Source: Trichormus sp. ATA11-4-KO1 (lineage in GTDB: Bacteria; Cyanobacteriota; Cyanobacteriia; Cyanobacteriales; Nostocaceae). From it: a stretch of DNA of 64,000 nucleotides. Shown piece by piece: positions 31,859 to 41,335 of the stretch. Both the position numbers and the translations under genes were made by a program. The notes under the pieces were generated by a model. That model did not search any database and was not told the origin of the DNA. It saw only the letters and a list, made by a program, of their open reading frames with translations. Location of the stretch: contig JAHHIM010000001.1 of NCBI GenBank assembly GCA_019358915.1, positions 32,001-96,000 on the forward strand. The letters are read 5' to 3'. Numbering within the stretch: position 1 is the first letter of the stretch; every line of letters starts with the position of its first letter.

Positions 31859-32593
31859 ATGATTTCCTTATCTAAATTTTTCAAAGAAAAGCAATTGGCT
31901 CATGCTGTAGTGCTTTTGTTGTTACTACTGCTATTGCTAATAGGAGGCGTTCCTGGATATATAACAGGACGTTGGCAATGGAAACAGCCGCCACCTGTGG
32001 CCAGCCTCCAGGAATTGCGGGAAATACGTAAAACAGGGTTAAATCTTCCTGATTGGCAAACTGTTGAACAAGCTGAACAACAGATTGGCACAGGTAAATG
32101 GTCATTGCAGATTCTCAAGAACGAAAAATTGCAATCTCAAGCAATATTGCTTTTGCATCCGCAAAATGGCCCGATGGATCAACCAGAGGTAGAGTGGACT
32201 GATATTAACGGCTGGGGAAGGTCTCGTTGGGGAAAATGGGATATAGCTCAATCTCGATCTGCCCAATTTACCGTCAAACGACCCCTAAAGTCAGGGTCAA
32301 ATACTGAAGCTAAGGTAGAAGCTAGATTCTTTCGTGTCTCCACCCCACAGGAAACCTTCGCTATCTTGCAATGGTATGCTACACCAAATGGTGGACATCC
32401 ATCGCCTTTACGCTGGTTCCTAGCAGATCAATTGGCACAATGGCATAAAAAACGTGTTCCTTGGGTTAGTGTAAGCATAATGATTCCCATGGAACCTTTA
32501 GGCCAGGTGGAAACTACTTGGACTGTAGCACAGTCTATTGGTGAAACAGTACAAGCTACCTTGATGGCAGGTCCTTTGGAGAAAAGTCCATGA
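31859..32593 (+). CDS. Cyanoexosortase B system-associated protein
   Basis: N-terminal TM, PGY..G.W.W, QWYA; immediately after the exosortase. Confidence 0.8.
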   Translation: MISLSKFFKEKQLAHAVVLLLLLLLLLIGGVPGYITGRWQWKQPPPVASLQELREIRKTGLNLPDWQTVEQAEQQIGTGKWSLQILKNEKLQSQAILLLHPQNGPMDQPEVEWTDINGWGRSRWGKWDIAQSRSAQFTVKRPLKSGSNTEAKVEARFFRVSTPQETFAILQWYATPNGGHPSPLRWFLADQLAQWHKKRVPWVSVSIMIPMEPLGQVETTWTVAQSIGETVQATLMAGPLEKSP

Positions 32594-32789
32594 GTGTGTC
32601 GGTTTTTACATAAATGTGGCAACTATCCCGACTTGTGAATCTACCCTCAAGATTAAAAGTTAGTTAAAGTATGAAATCCACAGTTAAAAGTGTCACCATA
32701 CAAGGAGATATTTAAAATACTTACAGAGTAAAATAACCACTTAGTGGGACTCATTTTGAATTCAGCTTTACCATGATTCCAGTTTTCAT

Positions 32790-34136
32790 ATGCGTGCATC
32801 ATTTAATGCCCTGTGCTTGGTTAGTTATCAGATAGGCCTTTTGTTCACAACCCCTGGACAAAGTGTTGTTGCTCAACCTTTACCATCTCCAGGGCAGCCG
32901 TCAGGCACTGTTGAAGTGCAACCACTGTTGCAACCCCCTGCGCCACCCCCAGGTAATGAGGGATTCAATAACGAAATTTCTCCCCAAATCGACCGTTATC
33001 TCCTAGGACCAGGAGATGTAATTAACGTTGTGTTTCAGCGCCCTCCTGGCCCCTATCGCTTAGGACCAGGAGATACAATTAGCGTTTCAGTTCAGCGCTT
33101 TCCAGATTTAAGTTTTCAAGCTGCAATTAACCCAGAAGGCAACATTATAGTGCCACTTCTCGGCACAGTATCCTTGCAAGGTTTGAGTTTGGAAGAAGCA
33201 CAAGAAAAAATTCGGTCGTTGCTCAATCGTTTTGTAATTGACCCCATCGTAGTTTTATCTTTAACTGGGCAACGTCCAGATTCGAGTTTTCAAGCCCAAA
33301 TTAATCCAGAAGGCAATATTGTAGTCCCGCAAGTGGGAACAGTGTCCTTACAAGGCTTGAGTTTGGAAGAAGCACAAGAAAAAATTCGTTTGAGTTTAAG
33401 TCGCATTTTGGTTGACCCGATGTTGGTCGTTTCACTGACATCACCACGGCCAGTTCAAGTGACCATTAGCGGTGAAGTATTTCGACCAGGAATTTACCCT
33501 GTAACTTCTTCAACAGCTCGTGTGGCTGAAGCTTTGTTCACAGCTGGTGGTTCTACGATGGCCGCAGACCTACGACAAGTACAAGTACGCCGCAGGTTGA
33601 TTGATGGTTCTGTGATTTCACAAACTGTCGATTTGTATGCAGTATTGCAGAATGACGGATCTCTGCCTAGCTTACGCTTACAAGATGGGGATGCAATAGT
33701 TGTACCGCGCCGGGAAATTGGTAATGATGACGGTTACGATCGCAACTTAGTAGCTCGCTCATCCTTGGCTGTACCGCAAATTCGCGTCCGGGTTTTAAAC
33801 TACTCTGCATCCGGAATTGTGACTCAAGCGCTGCCTAATGGTAGTAATTTTGTTGATGTTTTAGCGGGAATCAATCTGGATAGAGCTAACCTCCGGGACA
33901 TTGCCTTAGTACGCTTCGACCCTGAACAAGGTAAAGCTGTTACCCAAAAACTGGATGCGAACAAAGCTCTTTCCGGCGATGCGTCTCAAAATGTGCCACT
34001 TCAAGATAATGATGTAATTGTTGTTGGTCGGAATTTGATTAGTAGAATTACTAATTTTTTGAGTACTATTACTCAGCCTTTTTTCAATATTCGGACTTTC
34101 CTCAATTTCTTTGAAAACTTTGGCGGCTCTAGGTAG
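32790..34136 (+). CDS. wza: Polysaccharide export protein (Wza/SLBB)
   Basis: YxLGPGD, INPEGNI, GEVFRPG, SLBB-like LQDGD repeats. Confidence 0.88.
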   Translation: MRASFNALCLVSYQIGLLFTTPGQSVVAQPLPSPGQPSGTVEVQPLLQPPAPPPGNEGFNNEISPQIDRYLLGPGDVINVVFQRPPGPYRLGPGDTISVSVQRFPDLSFQAAINPEGNIIVPLLGTVSLQGLSLEEAQEKIRSLLNRFVIDPIVVLSLTGQRPDSSFQAQINPEGNIVVPQVGTVSLQGLSLEEAQEKIRLSLSRILVDPMLVVSLTSPRPVQVTISGEVFRPGIYPVTSSTARVAEALFTAGGSTMAADLRQVQVRRRLIDGSVISQTVDLYAVLQNDGSLPSLRLQDGDAIVVPRREIGNDDGYDRNLVARSSLAVPQIRVRVLNYSASGIVTQALPNGSNFVDVLAGINLDRANLRDIALVRFDPEQGKAVTQKLDANKALSGDASQNVPLQDNDVIVVGRNLISRITNFLSTITQPFFNIRTFLNFFENFGGSR

Positions 34137-34282
34137 GTTTGCCAACCTTTGTGGCTGATAGCAATAGACATAGAAAATGGCGCAATGGAGTGACTAATAA
34201 CACATGAATGATCAATAATGATTAATAACTCAAAACTATTGAAGATTGACTAAGTTCAAACCTATTCTTATATGCCTCTGCC

Positions 34283-36433
34283 ATGACTCCACCAATTGTC
34301 AAGCGCTATATTATTGCTTTTGAAAAATACAAATGGATTGGATTAGCCAGCTTCGCTTTAGTTGTAGCGGGTTCAACAGTGGTGGCTATACAGCCAGAAC
34401 CACCACCCAGCTACATAGCAGACGGCGCACTTACCTACACTCGTCCACCAGTTTCGTTCTCAGCAACTGGTAGTGAAATTCAGCAACAAGGACAGGAACT
34501 AACTCAACAAGTTTTGCTATCAGACCAGATTGTCGAAACTGTAGCAACGAAGGTTAATGTTAAACCAGCAACGATTGGGACAAATGTTGCCTTGCGTCTA
34601 CCGAATAGAAGCAATCCCGCAGAAGCTCAATCGACAATCATTGAGTTGAAATATAAAGATACTGACCCTCAGCGTGCTCAAGAGGTATTGCAGGAATTAA
34701 TGCAAGCCATGATCAATCTGAGCGGTGATATTAATACTGAGCGATTAAAAGCAATTATTCAAAAAATTAATGAGCGTTTACCGCAGGCTAAGTCAGAACT
34801 TGAAGGAGCAGAGCAGAAGCTAGAACAGTATGATCGCCGAGAGCGTCCGGCAATATTGGCAGCAGAAAATGGTAGTTTATTGGGCGCAGTCACTAACAGC
34901 CAAAATCAGCAACGGTTAATCCAACTAACTATTGCGGGAATTGATGCCCAAATTCGCAGTTTACAAGAAAAGTTGGGTTTAAATGTTGGCCAAGCTTATG
35001 TTTCTTCGGCTTTGAGTGCCGATCCCATTCTGGCCAACTTGCGATCGCAAATTTACCAAGCTGAATCTCAAATCACTTTACTTAGTAAAGATTTACGACC
35101 TGAACACCCAACAATGATTCAGTTGCAGCGTCAGAAACAATCAATTGAAGAATTACTGCAACAACGGGCGACTGAGGTAGTAGGGGGTGGTGGTACAGCA
35201 GCGCCTTTACCTGGGAATATTTCTGGTATTCGCGAGCGAAGCAGCTTAGATCCAGCTAGGCAACAACTAGCAAACCAGATGGTAGGTTTGGAAACCCAAA
35301 GAGAGACATTAGAACAACAATTAGCTCAACAAATTAGAGAAGAAGAGCGATTACGACAGGAGTATTCCCAAATACCTAATAAGCAACTAGAGCGATCGCG
35401 CTTGGAACAAGAGGTGGGACTCAAAAAAGCTGTTTTTGACCAAATGCAGGCGAAGTTAACTGATGCCAGAACCGCAGAAGCTGAAACAATCAGTAGCTTA
35501 ACAGTTGCCAGAATCCCCAACGTGGTGACCGATGCCAAACAAGCTAGAAGTGTACCTCTCACCTTGGGTGTTGGTGGTTTCTTGGGATTGTTGGTTGGCG
35601 GTGGGGTCGTATTTTTATTGGGGTCTTTGGAAGGAACCTTCAAAACCAAGGAAGACATCCGCGACAGCTTCAGGCAAAGGGAAACTGCCCTGTTGGGAGA
35701 ATTGCCTTTAATGCCTGTAGATGATTTAGATAAAGCAGCCGTACCTGTAATCCTTTCCCCAGATTCTCCTTATTTGGAGTTTTATGAAAAGTTTCGCAGT
35801 AATTTGCGCCGCATTGGTGGTAAAAACTTGAAGGTGCTGTTGATTACTAGCACTAGCAGTCAAGAAGGTAAGACGGTGAGTGCTTATAACTTGGGTATAG
35901 CATCCGCCCGTGCAGGTAAACGAACCTTGATTATCGAAACAGATTTGCGATCGCCTTCCCGCGCTGCATCCCTGAACGTAACTCCCGATAACGAAGCCAC
36001 TATTGAACCCCTGCGCTATTATGCCAGGCTGAGTGAGTGCGTCCGGATGGTTCCTGATGTAGAAAATCTCTATATTATTCCCAGCCCTGGCCCTGTGCGT
36101 CAATCTGCTGCTGTGATTGAATCAAGTGAAATGCAACGGCTGATGAAGGATGTCCGGGAACGTTTTGATTTAGTGATTTTAGATACTAATCCCCTCAGCT
36201 TATCTAATGATCCTTTGTTAATCCAACCTTATAGCGATGGCATAGTATTAGTCGCGCGGCCAAACTATACACAAGAAAATATGTTGGGAGAAGCTATTGA
36301 TCAATTAGTTGAGTATGAACTAGGTTTGTTGGGAGGCATTATCAACGGTGCTGATATTCTTGTTTCATCCCCTCAGCCAATGGAAGAATCAGAAATGGTA
36401 GAAGAAGTTTCAGCTAGTGCCAGCAACAACTAA
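34283..36433 (+). CDS. wzc: Polysaccharide co-polymerase / Wzc-like tyrosine kinase
   Basis: Two TMs flanking a coiled coil (HP motif), Walker A TSTSSQEGKT, ETDLR, VILDT. Confidence 0.88.
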   Translation: MTPPIVKRYIIAFEKYKWIGLASFALVVAGSTVVAIQPEPPPSYIADGALTYTRPPVSFSATGSEIQQQGQELTQQVLLSDQIVETVATKVNVKPATIGTNVALRLPNRSNPAEAQSTIIELKYKDTDPQRAQEVLQELMQAMINLSGDINTERLKAIIQKINERLPQAKSELEGAEQKLEQYDRRERPAILAAENGSLLGAVTNSQNQQRLIQLTIAGIDAQIRSLQEKLGLNVGQAYVSSALSADPILANLRSQIYQAESQITLLSKDLRPEHPTMIQLQRQKQSIEELLQQRATEVVGGGGTAAPLPGNISGIRERSSLDPARQQLANQMVGLETQRETLEQQLAQQIREEERLRQEYSQIPNKQLERSRLEQEVGLKKAVFDQMQAKLTDARTAEAETISSLTVARIPNVVTDAKQARSVPLTLGVGGFLGLLVGGGVVFLLGSLEGTFKTKEDIRDSFRQRETALLGELPLMPVDDLDKAAVPVILSPDSPYLEFYEKFRSNLRRIGGKNLKVLLITSTSSQEGKTVSAYNLGIASARAGKRTLIIETDLRSPSRAASLNVTPDNEATIEPLRYYARLSECVRMVPDVENLYIIPSPGPVRQSAAVIESSEMQRLMKDVRERFDLVILDTNPLSLSNDPLLIQPYSDGIVLVARPNYTQENMLGEAIDQLVEYELGLLGGIINGADILVSSPQPMEESEMVEEVSASASNN

Positions 36434-36452
36434 TTTCCTCCACAATACTGTC

Positions 36453-36491
36453 ATGGGTGAAGGGTAATACAAATGATTACCCTTCACCCAT
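36453..36491. terminator. 16-bp perfect hairpin, likely bidirectional terminator
   Basis: ATGGGTGAAGGGTAAT-N7-ATTACCCTTCACCCAT between convergent genes. Confidence 0.8.
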
Positions 36492-36496
36492 TTTAA

Positions 36497-37168
36497 TTAG
36501 TCACGCCTAAATAACCCAAATAACGGGCCAAGAATCACTCCAAAAACAAAGCCGCCAATGTGTGCCCAGTAAGCAACTCCACCTGTTTCTACACTCATAT
36601 TGGCAGCTGCTTGTAGGTTGGCTAGACCGGATATCACATTCTGGATAAAGAAAATTCCGATGAGAATCATTGCGGGAATTCTAATTGTAGTGACGAAAAA
36701 ACCCAAAAAGGCTAAAGTCAAAATTCTAGATTGGGGAAAACGGATGATGTATGCACCTAAAATTCCCGCGATCGCACCACTTGCTCCCAATGAAGGAATT
36801 GTCGAATCCATAGCAATAAACCACTGACACAAAGCGGCTAAAGCACCACAACTCAGATAAAAAATTAGATACTTGAAGTGACCCAAGCGGTCTTCAATAT
36901 TATTACCAAAGACCCAGAGAAATACCATATTTGAGATTAGATGCCACCAACCACCGTGTAAGAATTGCGACGTAAATAACGTAGTCCACTCCTCAGCAAA
37001 GTTAGTGGTTAACTCTCGTGGTATCACCGCATACATGCGGAAGAATTGCTCTAATTGTTCACTGGACAAACTCACTTCATGAAGGAAAACTAAAATATTC
37101 ATCCCAATCAACCCGTAAGTGAAATACGGGGTGATTCGCGTCGGGTTTTCGTCATAGAGGGGAAACAC
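36497..37168 (-). CDS. Rhomboid intramembrane serine protease
   Basis: FLHGGWWHLISNM, GASG, AYWAHIGG. Confidence 0.95.
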   Translation of the reverse strand: MFPLYDENPTRITPYFTYGLIGMNILVFLHEVSLSSEQLEQFFRMYAVIPRELTTNFAEEWTTLFTSQFLHGGWWHLISNMVFLWVFGNNIEDRLGHFKYLIFYLSCGALAALCQWFIAMDSTIPSLGASGAIAGILGAYIIRFPQSRILTLAFLGFFVTTIRIPAMILIGIFFIQNVISGLANLQAAANMSVETGGVAYWAHIGGFVFGVILGPLFGLFRRD

Positions 37169-37230
37169 AGGTGTTTTTCCTAATCATCGCTTATTTGCAA
37201 TATAGCCTGTGTTGCTGACAGATGCTGAAC

Positions 37231-37480
37231 TAAGTACAGATTTGCGTAAAATCGTGGCGAATTGAGCGTGGAAATTTAAACGCAAAGGGGAGACAGCGCG
37301 TTGGTGAGGCAGTCCGGTCTTGGGGGTTTCCCCCAGGAGGAACTGCCGTAAAGCCCTAACAGGCATAGCTGCGCTTACCGCATAGCGTGCCGTAGGCATA
37401 AGGCTTTGCCGACTTGTAGCGACTGTCGTGCGCAGAGGTACGCAAAGAATTCGCTACGAATTAATGAAATGTTGTACTAA
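37231..37480. mobile_element. MITE-like element containing nested small dispersed repeats
   Basis: Imperfect terminal IRs (taagtaca...atcgtggcgaatt / aattcgctacga...tgtactaa) around GC-rich nested hairpins (gacagcgc...gcgactgtc, gggggtttccccc, gcatagcgtgccgtaggcata). Confidence 0.55.
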
Positions 37481-37528
37481 ACTCACCCTAAACCCAAAAT
37501 ACAAGTCTGGGAACTTTTGCATCGCAAC

Positions 37529-38248
37529 TTATCCAGGCAAAGATTCTTCCTGAGATTTATCGCCAAACAAACCCAGCAATGGAGCCAGAACAGCACCAAA
37601 AAGAAAACCACCTGCATGGGCCCAGTAGGCAATACCGCCACTTTCCATACCGATGTTGGTGGGTGTTTCTAGACTAACAAGTCCGTAGAAAGCTTGTTGG
37701 ACAAACCACAATCCCAAAAAGAAATATGCTGGGACGCGAAAAGTGGGAAAGAAGAATCCTAAAGGTATGACACCGAGAATTTCGACTTGGGGAAACCGAA
37801 GAATATATGCTCCCATAACACCTGCGATCGCACCACTTGCTCCTAAAGATGGAATTTGAGAATTTTGAGCAAAGAACCATTGGGCTAAAGATGCTAAGAC
37901 ACCGCAAGCTAAATAGAACAGTAAATATTTAGCATGACCTAACTTTTCTTCCACATTGTTACCAAAAACCCAGAGAAACAACATATTGCCCCCTAGGTGT
38001 AACAAACCGCCATGCAGAAATTGTGAAGTAATTAAAGTTGCCCACTCTGGTACTGGCTGATTAACAGAGACACCAGCAAAACTTAAACTAAGTTCTCTCG
38101 GGACTACAGCCGCAAGATGTAAAAACCCATTTAATGCTTCGGGGGGAAGACTTGCTTCATAAAGAAAAGCCAAGACATTGGCTGCAATCAGTCCATAAGT
38201 CACATAAGGTGTGATTTTTGTAGGATTGTTATCTTTAATGGGAACCAC
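37529..38248 (-). CDS. Rhomboid intramembrane serine protease (tandem paralogue)
   Basis: FLHGGLLHLGGNM, GASG, AYWAHAGG. Confidence 0.95.
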   Translation of the reverse strand: MVPIKDNNPTKITPYVTYGLIAANVLAFLYEASLPPEALNGFLHLAAVVPRELSLSFAGVSVNQPVPEWATLITSQFLHGGLLHLGGNMLFLWVFGNNVEEKLGHAKYLLFYLACGVLASLAQWFFAQNSQIPSLGASGAIAGVMGAYILRFPQVEILGVIPLGFFFPTFRVPAYFFLGLWFVQQAFYGLVSLETPTNIGMESGGIAYWAHAGGFLFGAVLAPLLGLFGDKSQEESLPG

Positions 38249-38401
38249 GGATGTTGTCCTAATTTTCCAGCAACTAGCTTCAATTTACTGAATTTTGTCA
38301 GTATTTTCTTCTACCTGTGGTTGGGATTAATCATGATTTACTCAAAACAAGCCCTTCTACTTTCATCGTCAGAAGGGCGGCGTTATGCTCGTAAAAACAC
38401 C

Positions 38402-38692
38402 TCAATTATTTTCAAACTCCGACGCAGACCTCAGCAAAAATAAATTTTTACGTTTGTGCTTATGCTTATTCTGGAGGATAGCTAAATAATTATCAGCGTA
38501 GCGGAAAGCTGATGCACAGTCATAAGCAGCAATGGCTACAGCTTGCAAGAAAACTTTTATGGGAATTTCAAACCCTGAAAGCTTTTGGGTTAAAATTAGT
38601 AACTCTCTATCTGTTGCTGGCAAAGCAGTTTCTTCTCCCCATTCTGATTCTGGGTCATTAAAGAAGATATCTTCAATTAACGCTTTGGACAT
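38402..38692 (-). CDS. Small hypothetical protein
   Basis: ATG at 38692 with a strong GGAGG RBS; overlaps the upstream ORF by 20 nt; hairpin gcccttct...agaagggc downstream. Confidence 0.6.
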   Translation of the reverse strand: MSKALIEDIFFNDPESEWGEETALPATDRELLILTQKLSGFEIPIKVFLQAVAIAAYDCASAFRYADNYLAILQNKHKHKRKNLFLLRSASEFENN

Positions 38693-38918
38693 TTTGTACC
38701 TCCCCAAAAGCATAAGATGCGAAACCTGCGATAAAATTTAGCTGTTGCTCACGAGTTTGTAAGTTAACTGGAAGTTCAGTGTCGGGACAGCCTATTTCTT
38801 TTAAAATCTCCAAACAATAAGCACTGATGTCAGTGTGTGAAGCTTGCTCCCACTGAAGAGCGACCTCTTTGGCCATTGCCAGATTGACTCGAATAACTGT
38901 CTTTGCAGGGCTGTTCAT
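38673..38918 (-). CDS. Small hypothetical protein
   Basis: 81-aa ATG ORF coupled to the downstream ORF. Confidence 0.55.
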   Translation of the reverse strand: MNSPAKTVIRVNLAMAKEVALQWEQASHTDISAYCLEILKEIGCPDTELPVNLQTREQQLNFIAGFASYAFGEVQNVQSVN

Positions 38919-39485
38919 AAATGCACCCTAATAAACTGGATAGTTGCAGTTTTGATCAGAAGCACAAATCAGCGTAACCGTATTTTTGCGGGATTTATGA
39001 AGACGGTCAATTGAAGCGTCAGCGCATTTGCGGAAAGCTTTACCAAGCGATCGCCTACATTCTTTGACCAATTGCTACACTGAAAAAAATTTGCGCCAGT
39101 GTTGCATTGATTCTGGAGTATTCCACTGAGTTGAGAATAAATGATAATTAACCTAATTTTTACTTAGAGATTTGCCTAGCAATCTGATTTGATTCCTCAA
39201 TCATTGGCACAGAGTGGGAACAGAGATTCAATGTGTACTGAGTGTTTTTCAAACATCAAATAGGATTTTTATATTTATAATTTTGGTTGAGCTAACAAAA
39301 CCTAGCCTTTGGTAATCAATGCTGTAAAATTTGCCCAAAGAAGATGTGTGACAGGCTACAAAAAACAGGCTTTTAGTTAAGGTTAAGACAGCGAAATAGA
39401 CGATTTTCTAGTTAATTTTTGTTAATATTGGAGACGGTGTTAGTACTTCGTCCTTAACTACCCATTCCTTACTGAGAGAAACTTG

Positions 39486-41180
39486 ATGCTGCGACTCGAA
39501 CATATCAGTAAAATTTATCCCACAGGCGAGGTTCTCAAAGATATCAATTGGGAAGTCAAACCAGGCGATCGCATTGGCTTAGTCGGTGTCAACGGTGCAG
39601 GAAAATCTACTCAGCTAAAAATTATCACTGGGGAAATTGAACCCACCGCCGGCGAAATCATTCGTCCCGCCAGCTTACACATAGCCTACCTCAACCAAGA
39701 GTTTGAAGTAGATCCCAGCCGCACGGTTAAAGAAGAATTTTGGACGGTTTTTGCCGAAGCCAATCAAGTCCAAATTTCTCTAGCCCAGGTACAGCGAGAG
39801 ATGGAAACGGCGACACCAGAGGAACTGGATCAACTGATTAACAAATTGGATCGCTTACAACGTCAATTTGAAGCCTTAGATGGTTATGGCTTAGACGCAC
39901 GGATTGGGAAAATTTTACCGGAGATGGGGTTTGATTTTGAAGATGGCGATCGCCTCGTCAGTGCTTTCTCCGGCGGTTGGCAAATGCGGATGAGTTTGGG
40001 GAAAATCCTCCTGCAAAAACCCGATTTATTGCTACTGGACGAACCGACTAACCACTTGGACTTAGAAACCATTGAGTGGCTGGAAAATTACCTCAAAGGT
40101 TTGACTACACCCATGGTCATCGTCTCCCATGACCGGGAGTTTCTGGATCGCCTTTGCACCCACATTGTAGAAACTGAACGTGGTGTTTCTACCACCTACC
40201 TAGGTAACTACTCGGCGTACCTGCAACAAAAAGCCGAAAATCAATTAGCACAACTAAGTGCCTACGAACGTCAGCAGAAAGAAATCGAGAAACAGCAAAC
40301 ATTTGTTGACAGATTTCGTGCTAGTGCGACTCGCAGCACCCAAGCGAAAAGCCGGGAAAAACAACTAGAAAAAGTTGAGCGCATTGAAGCACCCATTGCT
40401 GGGGTCAAAACTCTGCATTTTCGCTTTCCCCCCGCACCTCGTAGTGGTCGGGAAGTAGTGGAGATTAAAGATTTAACTCATATCTATGATGATAAAATCT
40501 TATTCTTGGGAACCAGTCTCTTGATTGAAAGAGGCGATCGCGTTGCTTTTCTTGGTCCCAACGGTGCAGGTAAATCCACGCTGTTACGCGTAATTATGGG
40601 TATGGAACCACCTACAGAAGGTAGTGTGAAATTAGGCGATCATAATGTGATCCCCGGTTATTTTGAACAAAACCAAGCCGAAGCTCTGGACTTAAAGAAA
40701 ACTGTCATGGAAACTATTCATGATGAAGTTCCCGACTGGAAAAACGAAGAAGTCCGCACACTTTTAGGACGGTTTTTATTCACTGGCGATATGGTATTTA
40801 AGCAAGTTGGCGCATTAAGTGGGGGAGAAAAGGCGCGTTTAGCATTGGCAAAAATGCTGTTACGTCCAGCAAATCTCCTGATTTTAGATGAACCGACAAA
40901 TCACCTAGATATTCCCGCTAAAGAAATGCTGGAAGAGTCTCTACAAAACTACGATGGCACGGCAATTGTCGTTTCCCACGACCGTTATTTTATTTCCCAG
41001 GTTGCTAACAAAATCGTAGAAATCCGCGATGGGGAATTTCGGGTTTATTTGGGAGACTATCATTATTACCTAGACAAAGTAGCTGAAGAAAAAGCACAAG
41101 CCAGACAAGCAGCGATCGCGGCGGAAAAAGCTGCCAAGAAAGCTACCAAAGCGGCGAAATCTTCGGGTAAGAAAAAATGA
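39486..41180 (+). CDS. ABC-F family ATPase
   Basis: Two NBDs (GVNGAGKST/FSGG, GPNGAGKST/LSGG, LDEPTNHLD) and no TM domain. Confidence 0.95.
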   Translation: MLRLEHISKIYPTGEVLKDINWEVKPGDRIGLVGVNGAGKSTQLKIITGEIEPTAGEIIRPASLHIAYLNQEFEVDPSRTVKEEFWTVFAEANQVQISLAQVQREMETATPEELDQLINKLDRLQRQFEALDGYGLDARIGKILPEMGFDFEDGDRLVSAFSGGWQMRMSLGKILLQKPDLLLLDEPTNHLDLETIEWLENYLKGLTTPMVIVSHDREFLDRLCTHIVETERGVSTTYLGNYSAYLQQKAENQLAQLSAYERQQKEIEKQQTFVDRFRASATRSTQAKSREKQLEKVERIEAPIAGVKTLHFRFPPAPRSGREVVEIKDLTHIYDDKILFLGTSLLIERGDRVAFLGPNGAGKSTLLRVIMGMEPPTEGSVKLGDHNVIPGYFEQNQAEALDLKKTVMETIHDEVPDWKNEEVRTLLGRFLFTGDMVFKQVGALSGGEKARLALAKMLLRPANLLILDEPTNHLDIPAKEMLEESLQNYDGTAIVVSHDRYFISQVANKIVEIRDGEFRVYLGDYHYYLDKVAEEKAQARQAAIAAEKAAKKATKAAKSSGKKK

Positions 41181-41335
41181 TTTGTGAATATTCCCTGTTC
41201 CCTGTTCCTTTATTACCCACGCGCGAGAACCGAGAAACCCGGTTTCTTTAGCCACGCTGCAAACGGCGAGAGAAGAAGGAAAAAAAGAAAAAGTGCAGAG
41301 GGCTAAAAGGCAAGAGTGCAAAGGGCAGGGAATCC

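Noticed and set aside
37184..37399. 71-aa ORF between the rhomboid genes
   Set aside because: Encoded largely by nested repeat DNA; likely spurious.
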